Source: Lama glama | Lineage: Eukaryota | Assembly: GCA_028534125.1 (NCBI GenBank) | Contig: CM052816.1 | Coordinates: forward strand, 10,294,001-10,358,000 | DNA: 64,000 nt | Direction: 5' to 3' | In this document: positions 13,560 to 26,191 of the stretch, piece after piece | Layout of the letters: every line of letters begins with the position of its first letter | Numbering within the stretch: the stretch's first letter is position 1 | Notes under the pieces: generated by a model | What the model was told of the DNA's origin: nothing | The model's database searches: none | The model's input: only the letters and a program-made list of their open reading frames with translations | Program-made: the position numbers and the translations under genes

Positions 13560-15372
13560 TGTCCTTTCGTCCCCTATATGTCTCTGCCCTCCCTTCTGTC
13601 TTAGTCAGCTTAGATCCCATGCTTTAGCCTCAACTCCCTTGGGTTTCTTTCTCCCTTCTCAGCACTCACCTAGCGAAACCCTTGTTAAATTCCACACGCT
13701 GCCTCCTCCCTGCTGCATGTGTGCGTAGAACAGCCACAGCCAGGCTTACGGGGCGCTCTTTAAATTCATGACCACGACCTACAGGGAATCTTTGGGGTTG
13801 CCAGGTAATCACACCGTATTTCTCTAGTCTCTTTGCTCTCTTAAAAAATGATTTCATTCCAACTCCTCCCTCCTCTAACTTCTGACACCTTCTCTCCCAG
13901 ACTGTCGTAGCTAATGGCAGAGAAAACAGACATAGTCAGAAGAGAGCTTTGGTAAACTTCCTCCATGAAATTTCCTGGTCTCCGTGCCAACATACTCTTC
14001 CCCTGAGTTCCTTGGGGAGGAACGGTCCTTGCTCCTTGCTAAGGGCAAGCCCTCTGTTTGAACACTAGGTGTCACCTGTGTTGTCTATTCAAGAACCATA
14101 CCCCAATTGTCCCATTTCTCTCCTGCAGTGTGAAGTTTCCTCTTCTTACTGAATCAGCCCGTTGGCATAAACCATACCGTTTCTCTCATAGATTCCACTT
14201 TCTCAGCTAGTTCCTGCTGTGTATCCTCTTCCCCGTCTACCGTAAAATCCCTTGAAAGAGTTGCTGTACTAGGTGTTTCCAAATTCCACTACGATTTTCT
14301 CTTGGAAACACTCCAATCAGATTTCACCCCCCACAGCTTCATTAAGACGGCTCTAGTGCTCATACCCATGTAGTAGCTACTCAGGAAATATTACTGGAAT
14401 AATTTAATACTTGTACAGAAAAAAACAGCCACTGTACGGTGGGCATGAAGATAGTCATTTTATAGGTGCTCTGTTCAAGGTCCTCAGTGATTTCACGCCC
14501 TGATGAATTCTCAGTTCCCACCGTCCTGAACCTTTGAACAGCATGTAACAAAGTGAACCCTTTCTCTTCCTGGAAATCATTCCATTTCTTGATCTTCACA
14601 ACACTATGCTTTCATAGCGTCCCCACACTCTCACTGACTACTGTCTCTGCGGCTTTGTCCAGTGGCTTCTTTCCCCTCAGGATACTTAGAGTCACCTCGC
14701 AGCTCCATCTCGACTCACTTCCTTGGTCAGTCAACCAGCATTGCTACTTTAAACCATACCAGCAGGCTGACAACCTCCAAATTTGTGTCTCTGGCCAGCT
14801 CTCCCCTTAGCTGCCTAACCTCACGTATCTACCTCCTTGTGCAGCACTTCACTTGGATGTTTAATAGGAAATGTCCACAAACATATTCCTTACTTCCCCC
14901 CCAAATTCCCTTTCTCCTACAGTTTTCCTTATCTCACCTTCGTCTATTGAGTTGCTTAGTGTAATCTCTGATTCCTCTTTTTTCTGATAGCCCAGTCAAA
15001 TCCATCAGCAAAGATTGTTGGCTTTACCTTGAATGATAGACAACATCTGACCATTTCTTACTGCTTCCACGGTTACCGTTTGGTCCCAGTGACCACCATC
15101 TCACCTGGCCTTCTGTGACCCCGATATGGAAAATTCCAGCCCATTCCTCAAGACACTGGAATGACTCTGACTTTCCCTGCCCCATCCCTGCTTTATTTAT
15201 CCCCAGTTCACGTGCCATTATATACTTAATTTTTCACTCTTGATTTCTGCCTTCCTTAGAACGAAAGCTTCAAAAGGGCAGGGGTTTCATCTGTTTTATT
15301 CAAATATTTGTATCCCTAGTGCCTAGATACCCATAATAGGCACTCAATAAATATTAGTTGAGTGAATTAATA
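13560..15372 (+). mobile_element. Long L2 fragment (~1.8 kb; ORF2 remnant and 3' end)
   Basis: C/T-rich L2 body ending aataggcactcaataaatattagttgagtgaattaat. Confidence 0.8.
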
Positions 15373-15874
15373 AACCATCACAAAAACACTGTAAAGTAGG
15401 TAGTAAGATGTTCATTTTAGAGATGAAATAACCAAGGCTCAGAAAGCTGAAATAATCTGCGGAAGGTCATGGGAGTAGGAAATGGATAATGGGAATGTGG
15501 ACTGAGGTCCCTATACTCCAAGGTCCAGATCTTTAAACAGAACACCATTCTGGGTTCTAGTCCACAGTTTTTCTTCTGAACACAATTATCTTTTTTTTTT
15601 TTTAAGAAATTCTTTAACACAAGGCTCTTATCTTCTCTTACGCTTGGATGGCAGCTCCTTTCAAAGTCACAGCTCTCTAATCACTGCTCAGGTACCAAAT
15701 CTATTCTCCTGAGCTATTCTTGAGTCCATTTGTTGCCTTGGAATTGTGACTGGATCATGTTAGTAAAGTGATTCCTCACCATCTTGAATTCACTTGCTCT
15801 GAAACCTAGAATCACAAAACTCTAAGAAGCCTTAGAGAATCAAATACAGATTTTTTTAAAAAAATGATGATAAT

Positions 15875-16180
15875 GATTATTTATTTTTAATTGAAGTATA
15901 GTCAGTTACAATATGTCAATTTCTGGTGTACAGCATAATGTCCCAGTCATGCATGTACATACACATATTTGTTTTCATATTTTCTTTCATTAACGTTATT
16001 AGAAGATACTGAATAGTTTCCTGTGCTATACAGAAGAAATTTTTTAATCTATTTTTTATATAGTAGTTAATATTTGCAAATCTTGAACTCCCAAATTTAT
16101 CCCTTCCCACCCCTTTTCTCCCAGTAACCATATGATTGTTTACTATGTCTGCGAATCTGTTTCTGTTTTATAGATGAGTT
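15875..16180 (-). mobile_element. Young camelid-type L1 3' end
   Basis: ttgaagtatagtcagttacaat...cccaaatttatcccttccc...ttctgttttatagatgagtt; similar to the copies at 2256, 35626 and 51720. Confidence 0.88.
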
Positions 16181-16284
16181 AGATATTCTTGATTCTGGAT
16201 TCTAATCACATGCCCTTTAATTACAGGAAGGTTCTTATTCCCTCTATTTACTCTTTCTTCAGACACAGTTTAAAATGCTCTTCC

Positions 16285-17080
16285 ATTCACTCACCTAATA
16301 ATTATTGACCAACTTCTATGGGCAAAACCCTGTTTCACACACTCAGGACATGGGAGTAGATAAAACAGACACATTCCTTGCCCTCAAGGAGCTTAGATTC
16401 TAGTGATGAGGAGGATAATAGTAATAAATCAATGTGCCACGTGGTGAAAAGGACTATGAAGATAAATAAAACAAAGAAGGGGGCCTAACAAGTGATAGAT
16501 GGTGCTCTTCTGTTTTTTGTTTGTTTTGGGGGGATTATGTTTGTTTGTTTGTTCAGTGGAGGCACTGGAGATTGAACCCAGGACCTCATGCATGCTAGGC
16601 ATGTGCTCTCCCACTGAGCTATACGCTTCCCCCCAGATGGTACTCTTCTGAATAAGTGTATAAAGGAAACTCCTTAAGATCTGGGATATTATTATTGTTG
16701 TTATTATTATTCAGCTCTGTAGCACTAGTACTTAGAAAAATAAGAAGTACACACAGGCTAAATACCGTGTGAATATTGTGAGAATGAATGAATGAACGAA
16801 TGACTGATGGCAAAGAAGAGAGCCCGATTAGGAGGCTACTGCAGTGGTCTGGGGAGTAGCGGTTGGTGTCTAGACACAGAGAGAAGCTTTCCAGATGAAG
16901 ACAAGGGGTCACAGTGTGGTTGTATTTAAAAGACAGAACCAGTAGTAGTTCCTGACAGATGGGATACGGAGTGCAAACTGGATTAGATTGAAGGAGGTAA
17001 GGCCAGGTTTGGATACTGCCAAACCTGTGGCCTGAGGAACTAGAATACAGTAGCCTTGACCGAGGTGTGGAGGTCTATGG
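16285..17080 (-). mobile_element. L2 fragments, interrupted by a SINE
   Basis: cattcactcacc...attgaccaacttctatgggcaaaacc...ccttgccctcaaggagctt; aggaggctactgcagtggtct. Confidence 0.6.
16513..16634 (-). mobile_element. tRNA-derived SINE (Vic-1-like) with 16-bp TSD
   Basis: ggaggcactggagattgaacccaggacctcatgcatgctaggc...gagctatac; TSD agatggtgctcttctg (16497-16512) / agatggtactcttctg (16635-16650). Confidence 0.9.
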
Positions 17081-19079
17081 ATGTGGTAGATTTGGTAGCC
17101 AAAATTAATTTTCTTTGGGACCATAAATTAAATCTCTGTGTGTCTCCCTGTCCCTCTCTCATAGTTTCCTGAGATACCCAAAGCCAAGTATTGCCGTGTA
17201 TCCAAGGAAAACCATTCAGAGTCATTCTACTGTGGAAAACAGCCATGCTGGTTTCACTCCTCACTCTCTTGGCCAGACACAGAGGCATCCTGTGTCGAAC
17301 ACTGCCTTTCTTCTTATTCCTTGAATAAGAAAGGCACAGCCAAGGAAGGCTTTTTTTCCTTCAGACTCTTCTTAGACACTTGATTTTGATTTAAGAAAGA
17401 GAAAGATAATTGAAGTGGATGAAAGAGGGGAGAATGGTGTTTGTCGGGCATTTCTGCTGATGGCAACAGCTTGAACCGATTAGCTGGTTATTATGCATTC
17501 CTGTGCAGGGCTTCTCACAGCAGTCTGATCCAGAGAAACACATCACAAGTCCTATTCTGCATGGCTTCTTGCATGCAAAACTGACCTCAAAGAGATTAAC
17601 CGAGTCTTGTAATTTGAAACAGTAGACACACAAAATCATCAAGTAATCAAAAATATGGTATAAACCTATTTAGTAGGCAGTGTTCTGGATTATAATGACA
17701 GTAATAGAGGAAGATCATTAGGATGCAAGAAAGACAAAAACCAAAGGACAAACCCATGAAATGCAAAAAAAGAAGGCAGTAGTATTTCTTTAGGATGTAA
17801 ATGTTCCCTACATATTTTTGCTTTTCTTAAGGAGAACTTGTAAGAGTCCTTCAAACAAGTTTGGGAAAGTAAAATCTATGGGAAGGATTCAGAGAGACCT
17901 CTGCAGTGTTGCATAGTATGTAGTTAATTCTCTTTTTACTCAGTTCTAAATATAATCCTGCTCATTTGCATGCCAATCCCCAGAATGCTTTGTAATTTCA
18001 CAGCTCTTGGCCAGTGCTCTTAAAGCACTTATGCTTTTAAGAACAAAGCGAAATGCTTAGGGCGTGCCTTTGATTTAGTCTTTTTTCCCCCTGTGCTTTT
18101 TGCAAACGTACAGGGAGGTGACCTCTGCTTGGCATTCATCCTCCAAGCCACAGTATCACAGAAATGAAGTGGAGAATGCTGTGGGCTTTTCCTGTGAAGA
18201 CTGCATTTCAGTCCAGTTACCCATGAATAACCGGCTGCTTGGATTAACTCACTTGAGCAGGAGTGTTTAGGGGGGCCTAGCCTGCCCTTTGCTTATGTGA
18301 CCAGGCTGGTTCATTTCAGGTTTAAGGAATGCCCAAGCTGGAGTGTTCTGAACCCTCTTTCTGTGGCTGCTTTATATAGCTTCTCTATTGCAAAGGAAGC
18401 CTTCAAGTTAATGAAAAGATGTCCCGAAGTGTGATCAGTGGCCTGCGTTATAGAAACGTGAATTCAAGATCTCTAACACAGACCTAGTCATGCTCAGTGA
18501 CATCTACAGAATTTATCTTAGGGGAGGATTCGCTCCACAGGGGGTGGTGTGGTCACTGGAGACTTGTCCTGAGAGGTTTGTATAATTTTGCATGGCAAGC
18601 CATTTTCGTTGTCATTGCTGTTATTCAACTGGTGTATTTGGGATTTTTTTTTCCAGGAGTATTAAGGAAGGTCCCCCATCCGACCATAGCCACAGTGGCT
18701 CCTTGGCCGTTTAATTGAAGCTGGTAGCAAAAAGCTAGTATGTTCCAGCGCCGAAAGGTCACGTTTTTGCTCCTAATGGCATACTGACCTTTGTCTATCA
18801 GCCCTACCTGAAGTAAACTGGGGGCTGTGAACAGCGCACATCGGACCCCTCACAACATCCACGGCTGCGCAGTAGCCGGCCAGGGCTTTTGCTTTTTCAC
18901 TGCAGGTGTTTTCTACTCTTTACTTACCGAGCAGTGTTAACGCTCGTTCTTCGATTCTGAGAGCCAGGCAGTGAAGTTCCTTTAAAACACATTATTTTGA
19001 GAATTATTTTTACAGTACAGAGAACGGTTGATATTAGCGGACACCGGGCCCCCTTGCAGTCCTCCGAGAGTGAGTGGGT

Positions 19080-20900
19080 TGTTTCTCATTTTCTGACCCG
19101 CATTTTCATGGTCTCAGGCTCGCAGCGGCCGGCCAGGCTGCCCAAAGTCTGACCCGTCCTCGGCTTTCTAAGGGATCGCGCCGGCTGTTTATACATCCGG
19201 CGACCAGCCGAGGCGGCGCCCAGGCTGCTCTTAACAAAGGCGGCGGCCGCCGCATCCAGCCCGCGCGGTGGCCCAGGAGAGCGCGTTCCGGGAGGGAAAT
19301 CCGGAGCGGACTCCTTCCCCAAATCAGGGGAGGGAAGGTGGCAAATCCGACCTAGGGCTTCTCGGAGACGTGGGCGCTTTCCTGGGCTTGGCCCCCGGGG
19401 CCAAGAGGGCGACGCTGGTGCTTCTCTCCGGACACCGGGGACTGCAGCATCCCCGCCCCGAACAGTCCCTCGCGCCCCCTGGTGGCGGTGGAACGACCTG
19501 GCTCCGCCGCACTCGCAAGTCACCAAAAAAAAAAAAAAAGGAAAAAAAAAAGTGGGTGAGGCAGATGCAAAGAGGAAAATCAATAGGGATAAGAGAGAAG
19601 AGGGAGGAGTCGCGGATCAGCCATTCTTGTCTTACGGGGTCCCAGCTGGCAGCGCAAGAGAAAAAAAAAAGCTCGGGCGTGAACGCGAGTGGAGGAGGGT
19701 GTGTGCGACGGGGGGGTCGGGGGGTGAAAGGGGGACCAGGGAGATTTACTATTGTCTCTGGCAGCCGCCGCCGGAGCCCGGGAGGGGGGCGGAGGCGAGA
19801 GGAGGCGGCGGTCGCGGCCAGCGCACCATTCGCTCCACCTGATCTCGGGGCGCTGTGCGCTGAGGAAGGCGCGGGCGAGAGGGAGCAGAAGAAGGAGGGA
19901 GGGAGGCAGCTGCTGCAGCCACCGCCGCCACCATGTCCTACCAAGGCAAGAAGAACATCCCGCGGATCACGGTGAGTCGGGCGTCGCTGCCTCTGGGTCT
20001 CGATAGCTTGCTTGCTGCGGGCTGTGCCGCGGGCGGGGGCGGCTTGGATCCCGCCCGCTTCCCCAGGCGGGTCCCCGGAGATGGACGAGGACCCCGGGTC
20101 CAGGGGGGTGGAGAGCGGCGGTCAGTCCAGCCGGCGCGGCGGGGCGCCACCCAGACCGATCGACCCTGGCGTTTGGGGAAAACAAAACAAAGAGGAAACC
20201 CAAACAGTGACGCGGAGAACTTTGGATTATTTATCTTCCTTTTCCACCTCCCCGTAGTTCACAAATAACGCAGGGCTCTTGGCCCTCCCCGGACCCCCGC
20301 GCCACCTGGGGTGTGCGTGTGTGCTGCCCCAGGCGAGGTGTGCTTTTTGTAGAAGATTCCTTTTTGCCTGGCAGGGTATACAGAGGTGACACCTTTCCCT
20401 AGGGGTACTTGGTAGCCCGACCGCGCCCCTCTGCGAGCTCCAGTCCCGTGGATCTGCTCCCGGCGCCACGAGGGTGATGGGTTCCTGGACCATCCATCCT
20501 CACCTTGGCCCCCTCTTGCTTGCATTTACCCCAGTTCATATTTCTGTGCGTCATACTCGGGACTGGGCAGCTAACGTGGCTGTAGTGAGAATGACCAACT
20601 TTTTTTGCCCTCGATGCGTTTCACATTTCTGTTGTCATTTCTCCCCCTCATCCCAAGAAAAGCCTGGGTTTTTAGAGCAGATTTTAGTTGGCGGTGCCCG
20701 GCGCACGCTGTGTGCATGCCGTGTCTAACTGCCATTGTGTGCAAAACCGAGCCCCCTGCGGGTGTCAGATGCGCTGGGCGGGCGCCTAGGGCGGGGCGGA
20801 GAGGGGACAAGCCATTATCAGGTACAGAAGCCGCATCTTCGCGGGCATCCAGCAAGCAGCTCTCGTGGCAAAATACTGCGCCCGGGTCCGGGATTCCTCC
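19080..20900. promoter_or_regulatory. DPYSL3: CpG island: promoter and 5' UTR of the DPYSL3 short isoform
   Basis: Very GC-rich with dense unmutated CpG, against a CpG-depleted background; spans exon 1; contains GC boxes. Confidence 0.9.
19933..19971 (+). CDS. DPYSL3: DPYSL3/CRMP4 short-isoform coding exon 1 (MSYQGKKNIPRIT)
   Basis: Kozak context gccgccaccATG at 19933; in-frame upstream stops at 19840 and 19861; donor G|GTGAGT at 19972; the peptide is the CRMP short-isoform N-terminus. Confidence 0.97.
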
Positions 20901-23900
20901 CGGATGTACTGAAATGATGCCCCGAATGGGAGGGACAGAGGACAGGCTGAAATGGGCTTTTTTTTTTTTTAAAGGGCAAAGCAACACAACAAAACCACTG
21001 ACATTTGTTGGCCGAGCACGAAGCAGTGCTGTTGTGCTTTGTAGTGAATGGTGTGTGTGTGTAGTGGGGGAATGGGTGGCTACTCCATCTTTGCAAGACG
21101 AACAAAGAAAGTGATCAGCTGGCCCCTGGGAGGCTCCGCAGCTGCCCTAGAGCAGCGCTGTACCTGCAACTGTAGTCCATTTGCCCGAATCCACTAGGTT
21201 TTGCTGTGGGTGTGAGTCTGTTGGCACTTGTTCTGTTAGGCTTAAAACAACCTGTGTACATTTGCAGTTGCTCTTCAGGACCTTCTCCTCTGTAGGCAGG
21301 AGGAAGCAATTCTTGCCTCTAGTGCACTTTATTGTCAATTGGTTTATTTTTACTGTAGCATCTTGCCTTTTTCATGCACCTGAGCTTCTCCTGACACAAA
21401 TGCGCCCCACCCCCACCTGCAGTCCATCTGGTCCCCAGGGGAATAGAATTGGAATGAGTAGGGATCCTTTTGCCAGGTAGAGGCATTGGGTTTAAACCTG
21501 TCCTCCTTTATCACTACCTGATATCGTTGACTTTACATTATTATGAAGACATAGTGGGTCTTTTATAATTCACAGTATTTTCTTAGTGCCAGTTGTCTTT
21601 GCAAAGAGCTGTGGATCATGTTTTTTTTTTAAGGCTGATTGGGACAAACCTCAGCTTTTGTACTTATTTCCCGGAGGAGGGATGAACCTCAGCTCTCATG
21701 CTGTTTCTTGTGGAAGGTATGCTGCATATATGTGTTTGCTTTACATCCAGTGTACATTTGCCAGTTCTGTTTGGGAGAAGCAGAGAATAGATTATTTTTC
21801 TCTTCCCAGTCTGGAGACTACAATGGTTTTTCTTAAGGATTCAGCCTCTGATACAGTATTGAGGGCCACGCCCATCCTTATAGGTATCTCTTAAGCCACC
21901 TTTAAGGAAAGATACAGAAATTTAGCCTTTATGGTAACTGTCTCAGAAGCCCCAGTAAATGTGGCTGTGCCCTAATCCCAGGGCCAGGTTTGCAGGGGGT
22001 TCCCTTTTGTTCCTGCCTGGATGCTCTTCCCTGGGGTGCGCCCTTCATTTTCAGTGTGGCTTCCATCCTTTCTCTGTGTGTGGGGCGTGGTGCTGCATAG
22101 CAGCCTCTGCCTTGAGGGAGGCTGTGTCTCCTGCAGCTGTGATAGAAATGGATAGTGGTTGTGAATTTCTTCAAGCCAGCCTGCCTTGCATTCATTGTTG
22201 AGAGGGATGTGGGATAGTGGAGGCAGAGGGGTACGGCAGGAGGCGGGTGTTGGTCTTTGGGGGCGAGGAATCCATTTGTAGATTTTTCTCACGCTTTGTG
22301 TTTGTATTTCCATGAACAAGGATTCTAGTTTAGAACAAAATATCATTGTAATTTTTGAACACTTGCATATCTATAGATGATTACGGTTATCTACAGACTA
22401 CAAGGGGTGAGATACCTTTCCTCGATACAGGTAAAAACATAAAAATGTGGACACAGATTTACATATATAGAAAATATGGTTAATGATTTAAATATAACAT
22501 ATATCCCCTACTGTCAATTCTAGTGCCTTTATAAAAATGGTAAGATTATAGAATTGGAGTTGTTACTTCTCTATATTCTTTTCTGTGAAGGCTGCCCCAC
22601 CCAGTAGCTAAAATGTCACTGTAATCTGAGGACTGATGGGGGCAGTCTTTCTTGCTGAATACCTTTGCCTTTGCAGGCACCGCCCTCTCCCACAATTTGG
22701 GGGACACAGTAATATTTTGTTTGTTTGCTGTCTTTTTTTGCTTTTCCTTCCACCTCTTTTTGCTGCTCTCCTGAGAGTGAAACCTTCCTACTACCCCCTC
22801 CTACCCCCTCCTACCCCATGTTTCTTGGTTTCCTGGAAGGGAGTATTTCTCTGTCGCTGGTAGGATTGGCTGGGGCTTTCCCTGGGAGTAGTTCAAGTCT
22901 CAGATCTCATTGTTGCTTCTCAGGTCATTTACCTGTATGAGCTGCCTGTCCAAGCCCAGCACCAGCTTATGCTTCTAAATGTCAAGAGACGGCAGCTGGG
23001 GTGGTCCAGCCAATCAGAGCAGGGACCTGGTGTGGTCACCCTCCTCCGTCTCCTCTGTCCAGCACAGTGCCTGGTACATAGATGCCTAATGAGGATGTTA
23101 AATCAATAAAGGAATGAAAAATTGTTCCTAAAGAGAACAGCTCGCAGCTGCTGAGTGTTTTATTTTGTGTCGGGTATTGTGCTATGTGCCTTACGAGCGT
23201 TGTCTCATTAAATCCTCAGATCAACACTGTCTGAGAGTTATCCCAATTGTATAGATTTTGTTTTTCTCTGCCTGGGGTCAGAGATATAATTAGTGTCAGA
23301 AGCAGGACTCAAATCCACGCACCTGACCGAAATCCAAACGCACATCCCTCATCACCACCCCCTCTTGGTGGCTCTGCTCCTACCATCGTGATGTTAGCCG
23401 GGCAAATGGTTTAGAGGAAAGACTCACACTGTCTCTATTTTTTGTAGGACCTGTGAAACTTGTTCTTCCTGCCACTTTTTTTCTTTTTGTTTTTTGAATA
23501 ATGATGGTCAACTGTGCGTAATATTTTTTGACTGCCTCCCTGATAATTTAAACTTTTATTTCATTCTAGGTAATATTATTGAAGAAAATCATGGTTTAAT
23601 TGTGGAGGATAGCTTTACTCTAGCATACATCAATTTAAAGACATTAATGGTAAAATGAAATTGTTCATCTTTACACCTTCTAAAATCATCTCAGGCATCC
23701 CCCCACCCCCCAAGTGGTGCACAGACCTCAGGAGTCAGTGATTCTTTGAGACTGGACTTCTGTGGGCATCAGGGATTTGATATGTGGATGGTTTGGTCTG
23801 ATCTAGCCTCAGGAAATCCTTCTCTCTCTGGGTTTCTGTTGGAATCATTTGTTTGTTTCCAGATCTCCGGGCCAAGAGATTCCATAACATGGTCTGCCTT

Positions 23901-25691
23901 ACTTTTTATGCTGAATAAACTAAGCAACAATTTGGGGGATGGTAGTTCATCATCTCAGCTCTGCAGGTGGAAAGTTTGGGTAGTTACACTCATTGTTTTC
24001 CTCTGAAGTAAGCTGCAGCTTAAACCTGCAAGGGAGGGTAGAGGTCTCACACTCAGGTTCTAGTGCTTGGCATGTATTCTTTTATGAGGGTCTCTGCAAA
24101 AACCCACTTTATAGTTAAGGACATTGAGACATAGGCAGTTGAAGTCAGTTAGCCAGAGTTACACAGCGAGAATTTCGGGCAGAGCTGCAAATCACACCCA
24201 TGTCTTGTCTGACTTCACAGCCTCAGCTGCCTCCCAGATGCACCTGCAGTGGAGATTTTGAAAGGTGTGGATAAAGACCTCCAGAATTCCCTCTAGGAGA
24301 CAAATCATGGAGAACTGACTTTTTGTGACTACTAACTGGATTGCTGTAAATACTGTCTTGCAGCTAATGCATTTTTGCTGCATTGGAGGTTGTGGTGTAT
24401 GTGTGTGATGTTTGAGAATTGCTGGAAGATACATCCTCGGTCTGGAACATAACCTGGAGAGTTGGGTCCAGGGGACATAGTCGGGATGCTGTGATCTCAT
24501 TTGAAGGATGTGATTGTGGGCTTTGTGGATGCCCTGGGAATTTTTTATTGGGGAGGGGACATGCAGGAGCCACATGAACTGGAAGAACACTCAGATCTCT
24601 GCGCAGTTGAGCACGGGGCCTTGAACTAGACTAGGTCCTGAGGAAGGGATGAGTGCAACTCCATCCCTGGATCTGTGCCCTCCTTTTGCTTCAGTAGGCA
24701 TCACTATGGACTGGGGACAAATATTAGGAGATGGAAGACTAGAGCTGGGGACACCAAAAGAAGAGATGTCACCCAAAGCCCCCTCTCTCCGTGTAAGGCA
24801 TCGTGGAAGGGAAATTTCAGAGAAAAGACAAAAGAAAAAAATATCAAAGGAATGGGAAGCATCTTAGATATCTGATCATGGAAAATCTCAGCGCAAGCCC
24901 TGCCTGGGGTGTTCATTCATTATACTTTGAACAGGGATGTGGTTGGTGATTCCCAGCCAGGTGATTCCCCTTTCTCAAACACTAGCAAACTGCCTCAAGT
25001 GGATAAGGAACTCTGACTAGCAGTAGCTAAGACGGAGCCAGCTGGGCACGTGAGGGAATTCTGGAGAAATAGATTTCCTGAGAGAATTCAAGTCGATGTG
25101 ATAGAACTGTCAGTTTATAAATAAAAATTCTCCCTCCTTATCTCACCGGGCTACTGAAAGGCTCAAATGAGGTAGGACTGCGGACAGTGGTCTCTGAACT
25201 CCAGATGTATTCAGGATAGGAAACAGTGATTTATTTATAAAATCTTCACTACTTTGGAGTGTGGAAATGAATAAAGGAGGGCTTGATGAAGGTCTGGAGT
25301 AGAAAGAGACTACTTAGGAATCAATTTTTTAATGCATATTTTCAAAAGCCAACAAAAATGAACACAGTGTTATATTAAAAACCCTTCTTTGTTTCCTGCT
25401 TTAGTTATGTTACCGTGTTGCTCAGAATCATGCCTGTCATTCATGTCTGACAGGCCCACAGAGGCCTTTTGGTCTCTTTGATACAGAGACTATTCCAACC
25501 TAAATAAAGGACACTTTCCTTATTTAGTTCAACTATATTGCTTTCAGCCCTGTTCAGCTTCTGGCCTAGACTGATGTGGGTTTTGGATACCCTTTCTAGC
25601 AATTTTTTCACAACTCCCTGTTGAATGGCTTTTTCTCTGTCCTTTCTGCTCAGTTGCAAAAAAATAAAATTAAACTTGAAAAAGAACCAAA

Positions 25692-26191
25692 NNNNNNNNN
25701 NNNNNNNNNNNNNNNNNNNNNNNNNNNNNNNNNNNNNNNNNNNNNNNNNNNNNNNNNNNNNNNNNNNNNNNNNNNNNNNNNNNNNNNNNNNNNNNNNNNN
25801 NNNNNNNNNNNNNNNNNNNNNNNNNNNNNNNNNNNNNNNNNNNNNNNNNNNNNNNNNNNNNNNNNNNNNNNNNNNNNNNNNNNNNNNNNNNNNNNNNNNN
25901 NNNNNNNNNNNNNNNNNNNNNNNNNNNNNNNNNNNNNNNNNNNNNNNNNNNNNNNNNNNNNNNNNNNNNNNNNNNNNNNNNNNNNNNNNNNNNNNNNNNN
26001 NNNNNNNNNNNNNNNNNNNNNNNNNNNNNNNNNNNNNNNNNNNNNNNNNNNNNNNNNNNNNNNNNNNNNNNNNNNNNNNNNNNNNNNNNNNNNNNNNNNN
26101 NNNNNNNNNNNNNNNNNNNNNNNNNNNNNNNNNNNNNNNNNNNNNNNNNNNNNNNNNNNNNNNNNNNNNNNNNNNNNNNNNNNNNNNNNNN
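25692..26191. other. Assembly gap (500 N) with duplicated flanks
   Basis: N run; 25493-25691 reads identical to 26192-26390. Confidence 0.98.

Noticed and set aside
18497..18718. 73-aa ORF with a hydrophobic, TM-like stretch
   Set aside because: GTG start, T-rich composition explains the hydrophobicity, and there is no recognisable homology or splice support.
19074..21114. Many long overlapping ORFs on both strands (165-235 aa)
   Set aside because: Expected stop-codon scarcity in a CpG island; low-complexity R/G/P/A content; no recognisable domain apart from DPYSL3 exon 1.
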